From a bacterium (GTDB lineage: Bacteria; Patescibacteriota; Patescibacteriia; Patescibacteriales; UBA12465), in the NCBI GenBank assembly GCA_021806615.1, contig JAJZRB010000001.1, positions 143,201-207,200 of the forward strand: a stretch of DNA of 64,000 bases, given 5' to 3'. The translations under genes were made by a program, and so were the position numbers. The notes below the pieces were generated by a model. The model did no database searches. It had not been told where the DNA came from and saw only the letters and a program-made list of their open reading frames with translations. Of this stretch, positions 6,434 through 16,784 are shown piece after piece (the first letter of the stretch is position 1; every line of letters begins with the position of its first letter).

Positions 6434-6822
6434 TGGAGATGATGGGAGTTGAACCCATGTCCAGCCGGCTTACCTAAATACATTTACAAGATTAGGCCGA
6501 TTTCGTTTGTTTTAACTTTAATCATCAAAACCGGACGAAAAGCGACTAAAGCGATCTTTCTTTTGTTTCGACATACCCCGGAAAGAGCAAAATATATCTA
6601 TCCTCATGTTTATGACACCGGAAATGCGACTATGAAGACTCATCGCGCCCGATGGTTACGGCTTATTTTTATTAGGCCATAACTGGAGCATAGCTCGGAG
6701 TTAACCAAGTAAATGCTCTTGCCATAGATTTGGCATTTGTGTTTTTTTAGCCAGTTTGGCGTGATGACTAAGCACGTCCTGAATATTTAGATAGAATCCA
6801 GCTGTCGATTCCTTTCATCCCC
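6434..6822 (-). ncRNA. ssrA: tmRNA
   Basis: The 5' GGGGATG pairs with the 3' CATCTCC and includes G3-U70. The T arm is ATGGG-TTCAACT-CCCAT with discriminator A. An internal reading frame ends in TAATAA. It lies 26 nt downstream of smpB. Confidence 0.85.
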
Positions 6823-6848
6823 CTCCTGTCTGCCCCGGCCACGGGGCT

Positions 6849-7307
6849 TTAACGCCTTTTTGTTAAAGACCGCAAACTGCGCTCTACTTCTCGTTTTTTT
6901 ATCGCCTCGCGCTTATCATATTTCTTCTTTCCGCGCGCTACGGCGAACTCCAATTTCAGAAAACTATGATTAGTATATATTTGGAGAGGTATCAGTGTCA
7001 AGCCCTCGGTTTGCTGCCGGCCGATAAGGCGAGCGATCTCTCCCCGCTTCAATAATAACTTCCGTTCACGCCGGGGATCGTAGTCTGGTAGGGGACCGGC
7101 CTGCTTATAAGGCGAGATCTGGCAACCGATTAAATAAAGCTCCGGCCGGCTGTTTTTACGGCGCACGCTTATGAAGCTGCCCTTGAGGCTGAGTTGCCCG
7201 GCGCGGACTGCTTTGACTTCGTGGCCATACAGAACCAGGCCCGCCTCATATTTTTCCAGGAGCTCATAATCAAAGCTAGCTTTCTTGTTTTGCGCCAGTG
7301 GGGCCAT
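6849..7307 (-). CDS. smpB: SsrA-binding protein
   Basis: 152 aa with the ..NKKASFDYELLEKYEAGLVLYGHEVKA.. signature. It is adjacent to the tmRNA. Confidence 0.95.
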   Translation of the reverse strand: MAPLAQNKKASFDYELLEKYEAGLVLYGHEVKAVRAGQLSLKGSFISVRRKNSRPELYLIGCQISPYKQAGPLPDYDPRRERKLLLKRGEIARLIGRQQTEGLTLIPLQIYTNHSFLKLEFAVARGKKKYDKREAIKKREVERSLRSLTKRR

Positions 7308-8586
7308 AGTTCCATTCTTTTAGTTTGGCAATTACTTTTTCATTAGTCAAAACGTTTTCTAAATAGTGGTGGTAACCGTGTTCGCCCAGCATCTTCAAGA
7401 CCTCTTGATTGCCGGCGTACTGTTTTTTGAGTTCATCTATCTTAGCATGTATCTCCTCGTGGCTGACGGCAATCTTCTCAATGATAGCTAATTCCCTGAT
7501 AACGAGCGCTGATTTCACCCGCTTCACCGCATTGGGCGCAAATTCCAGCATCAAGGCGCCGCGATCTTTTTTCATGTGTTCCAGATATTCTTCAAACTTC
7601 CCTCCTTGGCGGACAATGCTCTGTTCCAGCTCCGCCAACATATTCTTAACCTCACTATCCACTAGGGTATCCGGCAAATCTCCGAATTTAGTATCGTCGA
7701 TTATTTTAGATAGCATAGCCGATTCGTTACGCAGTTCGACTTGGCGTTTTTTTTCGTTCGCTAGGCTATCACTCACGCCTTTTTTCAATTCCTCTAGGTT
7801 CTTCAGCTGGAAAAAAGCAGCGAAAGAATCGTCTAGCGGCGGTAATTCCCGCTCATAGACCTCTTTGACCTTAACTTCAAACTCTACTAATTTTCCGGCT
7901 AAGTTTTTCTGATGATGCTCGGCTGGGTAGGGCAATTCAAATTTCCTCGTTTCACCTTTCTTGGCGCCTAATAATTTCTTATCAAAACCGGGGACAAAAT
8001 ACTCCTTGCCTAACATGACGGCTAAGTCCTGATGCTGGCCGTCTTCTACCGGGACTTTATCTAAGAATAATTTTATGTCAGCTATGATCTTATCGCCTTC
8101 TCGCACCTCTCTATCGACGATTTTTTCTTGAGCGCGCATTTCTCTCAGATCTTCCAGCGCCTTACCCAATTCTTTATCGCTGACTACAGCTTCTTCTATT
8201 TTTAGATCTAAGCCTTTATATTTGCCGAGCGCAACTGTTGGCAAAACGGACAGGATGACTTTATATTCTAACGGATTATTGGGCGCTAATTTGGTCACGT
8301 TTATCTGCGGCTGGCCGATAGCCTGGCGATCCATGGTATTTTGGGAGATAACCTCATCAAGAGTCTTATTGATGGCTAAATGCGCCGCCTCTTCTAAAAT
8401 AGTCATTTCGCCAATTTTGGCTTTCAGGATATCCAACGGCACTTTGCCGGGCCGAAAGCCTTCTATCTTGACCGATTCGGAAACTTTCACCGCTCCTTTC
8501 TCGATATAAGGCGCCAGCTCTTCCGGACTGAGCTCTACCGTCAATTCAATCTGTGATTTCTCTAAATCTTTTTTAGTTACTTGCAT
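7276..8586 (-). CDS. tig: trigger factor
   Basis: 436 aa. The N-terminal domain carries the GFRPGKVP ribosome-binding motif. Confidence 0.93.
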   Translation of the reverse strand: MQVTKKDLEKSQIELTVELSPEELAPYIEKGAVKVSESVKIEGFRPGKVPLDILKAKIGEMTILEEAAHLAINKTLDEVISQNTMDRQAIGQPQINVTKLAPNNPLEYKVILSVLPTVALGKYKGLDLKIEEAVVSDKELGKALEDLREMRAQEKIVDREVREGDKIIADIKLFLDKVPVEDGQHQDLAVMLGKEYFVPGFDKKLLGAKKGETRKFELPYPAEHHQKNLAGKLVEFEVKVKEVYERELPPLDDSFAAFFQLKNLEELKKGVSDSLANEKKRQVELRNESAMLSKIIDDTKFGDLPDTLVDSEVKNMLAELEQSIVRQGGKFEEYLEHMKKDRGALMLEFAPNAVKRVKSALVIRELAIIEKIAVSHEEIHAKIDELKKQYAGNQEVLKMLGEHGYHHYLENVLTNEKVIAKLKEWNYGPTGAKQES

Positions 8587-8661
8587 ATATAGCGACTAGT
8601 TAGCATAAGCCGGTTCTGGCCGGCTTATACTACTATCTCTTTTATTTTTTATTTAATAGTA

Positions 8662-10659
8662 TTACAACAATAAGCCGACGATTAGTAAGGCGACGATATT
8701 TAAGACTTTGATCATCGGATTTATCGCCGGGCCGGCGGTGTCTTTATAAGGATCGCCGACAGTGTCTCCAGTAACGGCCGCCTTATGGGTATCAGATCCT
8801 TTGCCGCCGAAATTGCCCGCTTCAATATATTTTTTAGCATTATCCCAGGCGCCTCCGCCGGAAGTCATAGACACGGCGACAAAGATGCCGGTGACGATAG
8901 AGCCCACGAGCAATCCGCCTAAAGCCTCTAAACCATGGCTTTGGAAAGCAAAACCGACGATGATCGGAGCGGCTACCGGCAGAAGGGCCGGCAAGATCAT
9001 TTCCTTGATAGCGGCCTTCGTAACGATATCGACTGTCCGGCCATAATCCGGCTTTTCAGTCCCGCTCATAATTCCCGTCTTCTCCTTGAACTGGGCGCGC
9101 ACATCCTCTACGACCGCTCCGGCCGCCCGCCCGACAGCTTTCATAGCCATTGCGCCGAAAAGATAGGGCAATAAGCCACCGAGGAATAAGCCGATTAGAA
9201 CATAAGGATTATCGATCAAGAATTGAGCGTTCCCGCCAGCCTCCTTTATCTTGAAAGTAAAATCGGCGAAAAGAACTAAGGCGGCTAAGGCCGCAGAACC
9301 GATAGCATACCCTTTAGTTACAGCCTTAGTGGTATTTCCGACCGCGTCCAAAGGATCAGTGACATTGCGGACATCGTCGCCAAGCTCAGCCATTTCGGCA
9401 ATGCCGCCGGCATTATCGGTAATCGGCCCGTAAGCATCGATAGTAACGATGATTCCCGCCATGGACAGCATGGACATAGCGGCGACAGCAATGCCGTATA
9501 GGCCAGCCAGGGAATAAGCGCCTAATATAGCGGCCGAAATAGTGATGATCGGCCAAGCGGTAGATTGCATAGAAACGGCTAGGCCGGCGATGACATTAGT
9601 GCCGTGTCCGGTCTTAGAAGCTTCGGCGATGCTTTTAACCGGATTATATTTAGTTGAAGTATAATACTCGGTAATAACGACTAATAACCCGGTAACAGCT
9701 AGTCCGATAAGGCTCGCGAGATATATTTTCAGGCTCAAGCCGCCGATAATCATATATCTGGTTATCGGATAAAAAGCTAAAGCCGCCAAAACTCCGGCAA
9801 CAATCAGGCCTTTATATAGAGCGGCCATTATATTCTGGCTTTTGCCTAGGCGGATGAAAAAAATCGCGATAATAGAAGCGAGAATAGAAACCGCGCCTAA
9901 GACCAATGGGTAAAGGACTATGCTGGCATTACCGCCGAAAGTTAACCCGCCTAAAACCATGGCGGCGATAGAAGTGACGGCGTAAGTTTCAAATAAATCA
10001 GCCGCCATGCCAGCGCAATCGCCGACATTATCTCCGACATTATCGGCGATGACCGCTGGATTGCGCGGATCATCTTCCGGAATATCCACTTCTACTTTGC
10101 CGACTAGATCAGCGCCGACATCCGCTGCTTTGGTATAAATACCGCCGCCTAAGCGAGCGAAAATGGAAATCAAGGAACCGCCGAAAGCGAAGCCTATCAA
10201 AGCGTGCAGGTCATGGGTTATGAAGAAGAAAGATGACGTCCCTAATAGAGCTAAGCCGACTACGAGCATGCCGGTGACGCTTCCGCCTTTGACGGCGACG
10301 TCCAAGGCTTTCGCCAAACCGCCGCGAGCCGCTTCTGTCGTCCGGACATTAGCCCGGACGCTGACATACATCCCGATATAGCCGGCCAGGGCCGATAAAG
10401 CCGCGCCGACAATGAAAGCTAAGGCCGTCAACCAGCCGAGAGCCGGGATGAAACCGATGATTAGAAATAGAATAACGGCGACTAGCGCCACGGACTTATA
10501 CTGGCGATTCAAGAAAGCTTTGGCGCCATCCTGGATGGCGGCTGCGATCTCTTTCATTTTATCGTTGCCATCCGGCAAGCGGAGGATAGAGGCGATGACT
10601 ACGGCGCCGTAGATGAGAGCGGCGAAAGCGCTCCCCAAAATGAATAAATTGCTAAGCAT
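8662..10659 (-). CDS. hppA: membrane-bound proton-translocating pyrophosphatase (K+-independent type)
   Basis: 665-aa polytopic ORF with [29 protein letters not shown] and GNTTKA motifs. The Lys form of the last motif marks the K+-independent subfamily. Confidence 0.93.
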   Translation of the reverse strand: MLSNLFILGSAFAALIYGAVVIASILRLPDGNDKMKEIAAAIQDGAKAFLNRQYKSVALVAVILFLIIGFIPALGWLTALAFIVGAALSALAGYIGMYVSVRANVRTTEAARGGLAKALDVAVKGGSVTGMLVVGLALLGTSSFFFITHDLHALIGFAFGGSLISIFARLGGGIYTKAADVGADLVGKVEVDIPEDDPRNPAVIADNVGDNVGDCAGMAADLFETYAVTSIAAMVLGGLTFGGNASIVLYPLVLGAVSILASIIAIFFIRLGKSQNIMAALYKGLIVAGVLAALAFYPITRYMIIGGLSLKIYLASLIGLAVTGLLVVITEYYTSTKYNPVKSIAEASKTGHGTNVIAGLAVSMQSTAWPIITISAAILGAYSLAGLYGIAVAAMSMLSMAGIIVTIDAYGPITDNAGGIAEMAELGDDVRNVTDPLDAVGNTTKAVTKGYAIGSAALAALVLFADFTFKIKEAGGNAQFLIDNPYVLIGLFLGGLLPYLFGAMAMKAVGRAAGAVVEDVRAQFKEKTGIMSGTEKPDYGRTVDIVTKAAIKEMILPALLPVAAPIIVGFAFQSHGLEALGGLLVGSIVTGIFVAVSMTSGGGAWDNAKKYIEAGNFGGKGSDTHKAAVTGDTVGDPYKDTAGPAINPMIKVLNIVALLIVGLLL

Positions 10660-10669
10660 AGATTTTTAT

Positions 10670-11998
10670 TTATTCTTTTTTAGTTTTTTTTAAATTTTTA
10701 TTTTTGGTCTTCTTTTCGATCGGCGCCTTTTCTTCGGTTTGCTCTGCTGCCGCTTCTGGCACAGTCTCAACTTCAGCTTCTGCCGGATTGGACTGGACCC
10801 CCTCCTCAGCCTCGTCGCTGCTTAAAACCTTTTTCTCACCATCCTCTGAAGCTTCTATAATATCTATTTTCCAGCCAGTCAATCTCGCAGCTAAGCGGAC
10901 ATTCTGTCCGGCCTTACCAATAGCTAGAGATAGTTTATCAGGAGAAACTTTGACTATAGCTTTATGCTCCACATTATCAAGCTCTATAGACGCGACTTTA
11001 GCCGGAGCCAAGGAATTAGCTATGAATTTGGCAGAGTCTTCATTATATTCAATAATATCTATCTTTTCCCCTCCCAATTCACTGATGATAGTCTGGACGC
11101 GAGAGCCTCTCTGGCCGACGCAGGAACCGACCGGGTCGACATTATCAGCGTCCGTCCAAATAGCAACCTTAGACCGTGATCCTGCCTCCCGAGCTACGGC
11201 TTTGATTTCCACCAAGCCATTCGCTATTTCTGGAATTTCTAAATAAAAGACTTTGCGTAAAATTTCTTCGGAGCGGCGGGACAAGACTATTTCCGGCCCC
11301 TTATGCCCCTCACGCACTTCCTTTATAAAGACCTTGATCCGATCATTAGGATTATAGCGTTCGCTGTAAATTTGTTCTTCGGCCGGCAAGATGCCTATAG
11401 CCTTGCCTAAGTCAACAAAAACAAAGCGCCCTTCACGCCGTTGGACGATACCGGAAACAACCTCTCTTTCCTTGCCTTTGAATTCGCTAAATACCATATC
11501 GCGCTCCATCTCCCTCAACTTCTGAATGATAACCTGCTTGGCGGTCTGGGCGGCCATGCGGCCATAACTTTCTGGAATGGGCAAATCAGTCACTATCTCA
11601 TCGCCGATCTGGGCGTCATGCTTTAAGATCAGGGCCTCCTTGATTTGGATATCGGTTTTGGGATTGAATTTTTTCTTGTCTTCTTCGCCAGAGCTCTCTT
11701 CAATAAAAACTTCCGGACGGCCTTCTTCGCGCGGCGGCTCCTTCGGAGCCGGGCTATAAAGATTCTGCAACATTTCGGCTTCTTCTTGTTCTGGCAGATT
11801 ATCTACTACGGTTTTGACATCAAAAATCTGCGAATGGCCGGTCGCCGGATCAAATTTTACTCGTATATTCTGATTTCGTTCCCCATAATCTTTGCGGTAA
11901 GCGGCTGCTAAAGCGAGCTCGACCGCGCTGATAACGGATTGATAGTCTAAATTCTTCTCTTCGCACAATTGTTTTATAGCGCTGCTTATTTCGGACAT
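10670..11998 (-). CDS. nusA: transcription termination/antitermination factor NusA
   Basis: 442 aa with a NusA N-terminal domain, an S1 segment and two KH-like segments (..GSRVQTIISELGGEKIDII.., ..GKAGQNVRLAARLTGWKIDI..). Confidence 0.93.
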   Translation of the reverse strand: MSEISSAIKQLCEEKNLDYQSVISAVELALAAAYRKDYGERNQNIRVKFDPATGHSQIFDVKTVVDNLPEQEEAEMLQNLYSPAPKEPPREEGRPEVFIEESSGEEDKKKFNPKTDIQIKEALILKHDAQIGDEIVTDLPIPESYGRMAAQTAKQVIIQKLREMERDMVFSEFKGKEREVVSGIVQRREGRFVFVDLGKAIGILPAEEQIYSERYNPNDRIKVFIKEVREGHKGPEIVLSRRSEEILRKVFYLEIPEIANGLVEIKAVAREAGSRSKVAIWTDADNVDPVGSCVGQRGSRVQTIISELGGEKIDIIEYNEDSAKFIANSLAPAKVASIELDNVEHKAIVKVSPDKLSLAIGKAGQNVRLAARLTGWKIDIIEASEDGEKKVLSSDEAEEGVQSNPAEAEVETVPEAAAEQTEEKAPIEKKTKNKNLKKTKKE

Positions 11999-12127
11999 AT
12001 GGATAAAAATTAGATATTAAGACAAAAAGCTAATTGTAAGAACAACTAGCTTTCTATATACTATGATACCATAATCTGTAATTTTGTCAAAACGGAACAT
12101 TCAGCGATCAATCGAACAGAATAAAGC

Positions 12128-12559
12128 TCAATACGGCGTATAAGTCTGATAGTCTACGGAATTATTCGCCGCTCGGCTAAGGATAATTACCGTGAACCGG
12201 GTAATCGCCCAAGCCGCCAGGATAATAATCAAGCCGATAACCGCATTGCGTAGCATATCCAGGGCTCTTTGCGTTTTTTCCTCATTACCGGCAGCTGTCA
12301 TATAAAGGAACCCGGCGTAGATCGTAAAACCTAAGAAGATAATCCCTAAAAAACCCAGGACTACATTAATCACTCTAGCCACGGTAGTCCTGATATCGGT
12401 CGGCGTAGTATTGCCCATGGACGCACCGATTTCCTTTAATCCGGTCTGGCTATTAACCAGACTATTATCGGCCCAGGCCGGCGGAATGCTGGTTAAAAAC
12501 GCCAGGCTTAAAAACGTCAATAAAATAAAGGACAAAACATGCTTGTTAGTGAGGCGCAT
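12128..12559 (-). CDS. small secreted/membrane protein resembling TrbC/VirB2-type (T4SS pilin-like) proteins common in CPR genomes
   Basis: 143 aa with a signal-like N-terminus and two TM helices separated by ..MTAAGNEEKTQRALDML... Confidence 0.5.
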   Translation of the reverse strand: MRLTNKHVLSFILLTFLSLAFLTSIPPAWADNSLVNSQTGLKEIGASMGNTTPTDIRTTVARVINVVLGFLGIIFLGFTIYAGFLYMTAAGNEEKTQRALDMLRNAVIGLIIILAAWAITRFTVIILSRAANNSVDYQTYTPY

Positions 12560-12635
12560 AGCTTGACAATTAAAATATGATATAATTATACTAGACCTTT
12601 ATATTATATAAAAATACCTCTAAAAACACAAGAAA

Positions 12636-14111
12636 ATGAGCTTGGCGAAAAAAGTGGCCCACAATACCCTGATCCAAATATTCGGTAAAATCATTTCCAC
12701 GGTTTTAGGTCTTTTCGCCATCGCTCTTATCACTCGCTACTTAGGGCGCAGCGGCTTTGGCGAATATACGACCGTTCTTACTTTCCTGACCTTCTTCGCG
12801 GTTACGGCTGATTTCGGCCTGACCCTGGTGACCGTACAGATGATTAGCGGACGCGATTGGCCGGAAAATAAGGTTCTTAATAATCTCTTCGCCTTGCGCC
12901 TTGTTTCTTCTATCGCCTGCCTGATCTTAGCGCCGATAATCATAAACTTTTTTCCCTATAGCGCCGCGATAAAATTCGGCGTCTTCATTACTTTCATCTC
13001 TTTCCTTTTCCCGGCTCTTAACCAAGTAATTATCGGGCTATTCCAAAAAAGGTTAAGTATGAGCCGGGATACTATCGCCGAAGCTCTCAGCCGCCTGGTC
13101 CTGATCTCCGGCATCATCTTAACCGAAAGGTGGCAAGCGGGCTTGAACGGTATTCTCTTAGCTACGGTAGCTTCGGCTTTCACTAGCTTTATCTTCCACT
13201 ATTTCTTTTCTCTGAAATTCGCCTTCATCAAATTAGAATTTGACTGGTTGGTTTGGAAACAGATAATTTCCAAAGCATGGCCGCTGGCTATTACTATCGT
13301 CTTGAATCTGATCTATCTGCGGGCCGACACCCTTCTCCTGTCTCTCTTCCGCAATATCGAAGAAGTCGGCTTATACGGAGCAACGTACCGCGTTCTTGAT
13401 GTCTTGACGACCATCCCTTTCATGTTCGCCGGACTGATACTGCCTATTTTGACCGTTGCGTGGCTGGATAAACAATCGGCCTACTTCCAAAAAGTCCTGC
13501 AGAAATCTTTTGACGTCATGGCTATGATTGCCATCCCTCTTGTCGTCGGAGCACAATTTTTAAGCCGGCCGGTGATGACCTTCGCGGCCGGACGGGATTT
13601 CGCGGAATCTGGACGGATCTTACAGGTTCTGATCTTCGCCGTAGCCGCCATTTTCTTAGGAACTATGTTTTCGCATGCCGTCATCGCCTTAGATAAGCAG
13701 AAGACCATGATCGGTTTTTATGTCTTTGCCAGCTTAAGCTCCCTTATCGCCTATCTTATCCTTATTCCTCGTTTTTCTTATTTCGGCGCAGCGGCGGTCA
13801 CGATTTACAGTGAAACCATCATCGCTATTTTTTCCGCCTACTGCGTATTCAAATACAGCCGCTTCTTCCCGAACTTCAAGGTGGTCTTTAAATCCCTGCT
13901 TAGCGGGCTGGCCATGGGGGTATTCCTTTACTTTTTAGGCAACAAGTATCAAGATACTCTGGTCCGCCTCTTTGCCGTCATAATTAGCTCTTCTTTAATT
14001 TACGGTTTCTCCCTCTATATATTCGGGGGGATTAAGCAGTCGGAGCTAGCCGTTATCTTCAAAAGGAAAACGGCCAGCAGCGAGCCGAGTTATGGCGGCC
14101 CTAAGTTATAA
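12636..14111 (+). CDS. polysaccharide/lipid-linked oligosaccharide flippase (MOP superfamily, Wzx/MurJ-like)
   Basis: 491-aa ORF, hydrophobic throughout (about 12-14 TM segments). A TTGACA-containing promoter region lies upstream. Confidence 0.7.
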   Translation: MSLAKKVAHNTLIQIFGKIISTVLGLFAIALITRYLGRSGFGEYTTVLTFLTFFAVTADFGLTLVTVQMISGRDWPENKVLNNLFALRLVSSIACLILAPIIINFFPYSAAIKFGVFITFISFLFPALNQVIIGLFQKRLSMSRDTIAEALSRLVLISGIILTERWQAGLNGILLATVASAFTSFIFHYFFSLKFAFIKLEFDWLVWKQIISKAWPLAITIVLNLIYLRADTLLLSLFRNIEEVGLYGATYRVLDVLTTIPFMFAGLILPILTVAWLDKQSAYFQKVLQKSFDVMAMIAIPLVVGAQFLSRPVMTFAAGRDFAESGRILQVLIFAVAAIFLGTMFSHAVIALDKQKTMIGFYVFASLSSLIAYLILIPRFSYFGAAAVTIYSETIIAIFSAYCVFKYSRFFPNFKVVFKSLLSGLAMGVFLYFLGNKYQDTLVRLFAVIISSSLIYGFSLYIFGGIKQSELAVIFKRKTASSEPSYGGPKL

Positions 14112-14145
14112 GCTGCCTATTGAATTTTACTTGAACCATAATCAT

Positions 14146-14919
14146 ATGAAGCCAAATCCTGTTTTTAATCCGGATATTATCGCCGAAACCGCCGATTATT
14201 TGATAATAAATAAGCCGGCCGGTTTAGCGGTCCACGGGGGCGGCAATTTACAAGAGGCTACCCTGGCTGACTGGCTGATCCTTAATTATCCAAAAATAAG
14301 AAAAATCGGCGACGATCCGGCACGGCCCGGCTTAGTCCACCGCTTAGATAAAGACGTCAGCGGGCTTATGGTCATAGCCAAAAATCAAAAAAGTTTCAAC
14401 GATCTAAAGGAACAATTCAAAGATAGGAGCGTTAACAAAGAATATACCGCCTTGGTCTACGGCCGCTTGGCCAAAGACGAGGGCTTGATCGATTTCCCGA
14501 TCACCCGTTCTCGATCCGGACATAAGATGGCGGCTCTCCCGGCCAATACCGCCGAACTTTTAAGCCGCCGCCATCCGCGCGGACGCGATCAAGGGAATAT
14601 TGAAAGCTGGTTAAAATCTAGAGGCGCTTTGACTAAATTTACGGTTTTAAAAAGATTCGTAAATTATACCCTCTTACGGGTTAATATCAAAACAGGCCGG
14701 ACTCACCAGATCCGAGTCCATTTTTTTGCTTTAGGCTATCCATTGGTCGGCGACGACCTATATAATACTAAGAAAACCAAAGAAAAAAACAAAAAATTAG
14801 CGTTAAACAGGGTTTTTTTGGTAGCTGATCATCTCTCTTTCCGTGATTTAAAGGGCCAAAAACAACATTTTTCCCTCCCCCTTCCGTCTGAATTGGCCGC
14901 TGTCTTGCCGGCTCATTAA
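14146..14919 (+). CDS. RluA-family pseudouridine synthase
   Basis: HRLDKDVSGLMV catalytic motif and ..GRTHQIRVH... The start was moved to the ATG at 14146, because the track start at 14092 overlaps the flippase gene. Confidence 0.85.
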   Translation: MKPNPVFNPDIIAETADYLIINKPAGLAVHGGGNLQEATLADWLILNYPKIRKIGDDPARPGLVHRLDKDVSGLMVIAKNQKSFNDLKEQFKDRSVNKEYTALVYGRLAKDEGLIDFPITRSRSGHKMAALPANTAELLSRRHPRGRDQGNIESWLKSRGALTKFTVLKRFVNYTLLRVNIKTGRTHQIRVHFFALGYPLVGDDLYNTKKTKEKNKKLALNRVFLVADHLSFRDLKGQKQHFSLPLPSELAAVLPAH

Positions 14920-15017
14920 AGAATCTCTCTGAAAAAACGTGCAAATTTTGACGTTCCTATTTATTTTTACTATAATAAGGAGTGATATTTAAAAAAATCT
15001 AATAATTTTAAAAAATT

Positions 15018-16037
15018 ATGAAAAAATTCATAAAGAGTCTGTTCGCTCGCGAACGATTCACGCGAGTAACTCTCCCGATTATCCTAGTTATCGTTCTAGT
15101 CCTAATCGGATTATTCACTTTCCAAAAACCAGTTAAGAATTTGAGTGCGGATGAAGCTAAAACTAGAGCCGAAGACTTCATCAATAAATATCTCATGCAA
15201 GGCGGTACTAAAGCGACCGTCAAGGATATTACCACCGAATACGGCCTCTATAAACTGAAGGTGGATATCGTCAGCGATGTCGTTGACTCCTACTTGAGTA
15301 AAGACGGCAAATTATTCTTCCCTCAAGCTCTAGATATAGATAAATTAAGCAGTTCCGCCCCGGCAGCCGGTGGCAATGCCAATTCGGCCGGGCCAGTGGC
15401 AGAAGTCACCAAAAAGAGCGATAAACCAAGCATAGAACTATTCGTAATGAGCTACTGTCCGTATGGCACCCAGATCGAAAAAGGCATATTGCCGGTCTTG
15501 GCTACCTTAGGCAAAAAAGTTGACTTCAAATTAAAATTCGTAGACTACGCGATGCATGGTCAAAAAGAATTGCAAGAAAACCTGACTCAGTATTGTATTG
15601 AGAAGGAGCAGCCGGAAAAACTGGACAGCTACTTGACCTGTTTCTTGCAGGCCGGGGATTCCGCGTCTTGCGTAAGCTCTAACGGCGTCAACAAAACCAA
15701 GCTAGACGCTTGCGTGGCTAAGACTGACAAGGAATTCAAAGTAAATGATAACTTCAATAACAAAGTCGGATATAAGGGGAGCTATCCTGGCTTTGACATA
15801 AACAAGGATGATAACGCGAAGTATAATGTTGCGGGTTCTCCTACTTTGGTTATCAACGGGCAAGAGATCTCTAGCGGCCGAGATTCAGCGGCACTCCTGA
15901 AAACTATCTGCAGCGCTTTCAACAATCAGCCTAAAGAATGCCAGACATCCTTATCTAGCGCTTCGCCGACTCCGGGCTTCGGCTCAGGGACCCAAGACAA
16001 TAGCGGCGGCGCACCAGCGGCTAATTGCGGAAATTAA
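15018..16037 (+). CDS. membrane-anchored thioredoxin-fold (DsbA-like) protein
   Basis: 339 aa with an N-terminal TM helix and a DsbA-like region whose active-site position reads CPYG rather than CxxC. Confidence 0.5.
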   Translation: MKKFIKSLFARERFTRVTLPIILVIVLVLIGLFTFQKPVKNLSADEAKTRAEDFINKYLMQGGTKATVKDITTEYGLYKLKVDIVSDVVDSYLSKDGKLFFPQALDIDKLSSSAPAAGGNANSAGPVAEVTKKSDKPSIELFVMSYCPYGTQIEKGILPVLATLGKKVDFKLKFVDYAMHGQKELQENLTQYCIEKEQPEKLDSYLTCFLQAGDSASCVSSNGVNKTKLDACVAKTDKEFKVNDNFNNKVGYKGSYPGFDINKDDNAKYNVAGSPTLVINGQEISSGRDSAALLKTICSAFNNQPKECQTSLSSASPTPGFGSGTQDNSGGAPAANCGN

Positions 16038-16062
16038 AAACCACTCCTGGAAAAGAGGATAC

Positions 16063-16091
16063 AAAAAGACGGCTCTCGTAGCCGTCTTTTT
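16063..16091. terminator. bidirectional hairpin terminator
   Basis: AAAAAGACGGCT-CTCG-TAGCCGTCTTTTT lies between convergent genes. Confidence 0.7.
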
Positions 16092-16118
16092 AAAACCGTA
16101 TTTTTTAAGAGTCTATCT

Positions 16119-16448
16119 TTACAACCAGGCAGCCAATTCCCCCTTAAAGGTTTCTTTATTTCTCAACCCGATAAATTCCGCGACTACCTTCCCGCCCTTG
16201 AATAACTTCATATTCGGGATGCTCTGGATTTGATATTCCATAGCGAGATCCTGATTATCCCCGTCCTCGGTATTGATTTTGGCTACCTTGATTTTACCCG
16301 ACAGTTCCGTGGACAATTCGTCCAGGATAGGCGCCATCATCCGGCAGGGCATGCACCAAGGAGCCCAAAAATCTACCAAGACCGGCAGATCATTATTTAA
16401 GACCTCTTTGGCGAAGCTGTCTTTTTTTAATTCTACTACGTTAGACAT
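16119..16448 (-). CDS. trxA: thioredoxin
   Basis: 109 aa. The active site WAPWCMPC is a variant of WCGPC. Confidence 0.9.
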   Translation of the reverse strand: MSNVVELKKDSFAKEVLNNDLPVLVDFWAPWCMPCRMMAPILDELSTELSGKIKVAKINTEDGDNQDLAMEYQIQSIPNMKLFKGGKVVAEFIGLRNKETFKGELAAWL

Positions 16449-16467
16449 AAATTTATCTATTTAATTA

Positions 16468-16707
16468 TTATTTAATTATTTCTTTAAATATCTTTTCCAT
16501 TTGTTCCTGACTGCTCCGCGGCGATCCTAATAAACAGCGGTTGAATTCTTCACCGACTATTTTTTCCATTAAAGAGGCGATGGCTGATCGCGCCGCTTTT
16601 AATTGTATAAGCAAGGCGAAACAGTCTCGATTCTTATCGGCGAGCATCTTTTTTGCCCCTTCTAATTGGCCGACGACATTGTTAATACGCTGCTCGGGAG
16701 TTTTCAT
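16468..16707 (-). CDS. CsoR/RcnR/FrmR-family (DUF156) transcriptional repressor
   Basis: 79 aa with ..RINNVVGQLEGAKKML.. and two Cys residues 29 positions apart (C29, C58). Glu replaces the His ligand position. Confidence 0.8.
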   Translation of the reverse strand: MKTPEQRINNVVGQLEGAKKMLADKNRDCFALLIQLKAARSAIASLMEKIVGEEFNRCLLGSPRSSQEQMEKIFKEIIK

Positions 16708-16784
16708 GCTCTTATTATACCATACCCCTATGGGGTGTCAAGAGAGACAATTTTAATATATAATAAATAAAAAAATATACTTTT

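Noticed and set aside
6238-6682. Track ORFs 6238..6483 (-) and 6449..6682 (+)
   Set aside because: They lie entirely over tRNA-Gly, tRNA-Leu and the tmRNA and are translation artefacts of structured RNA genes.
8762-11911. Numerous 60-180-aa ORFs antisense to hppA and nusA
   Set aside because: They are typical shadow ORFs in the GC-richer coding sequence. The sense-strand proteins have strong family motifs along their full length.
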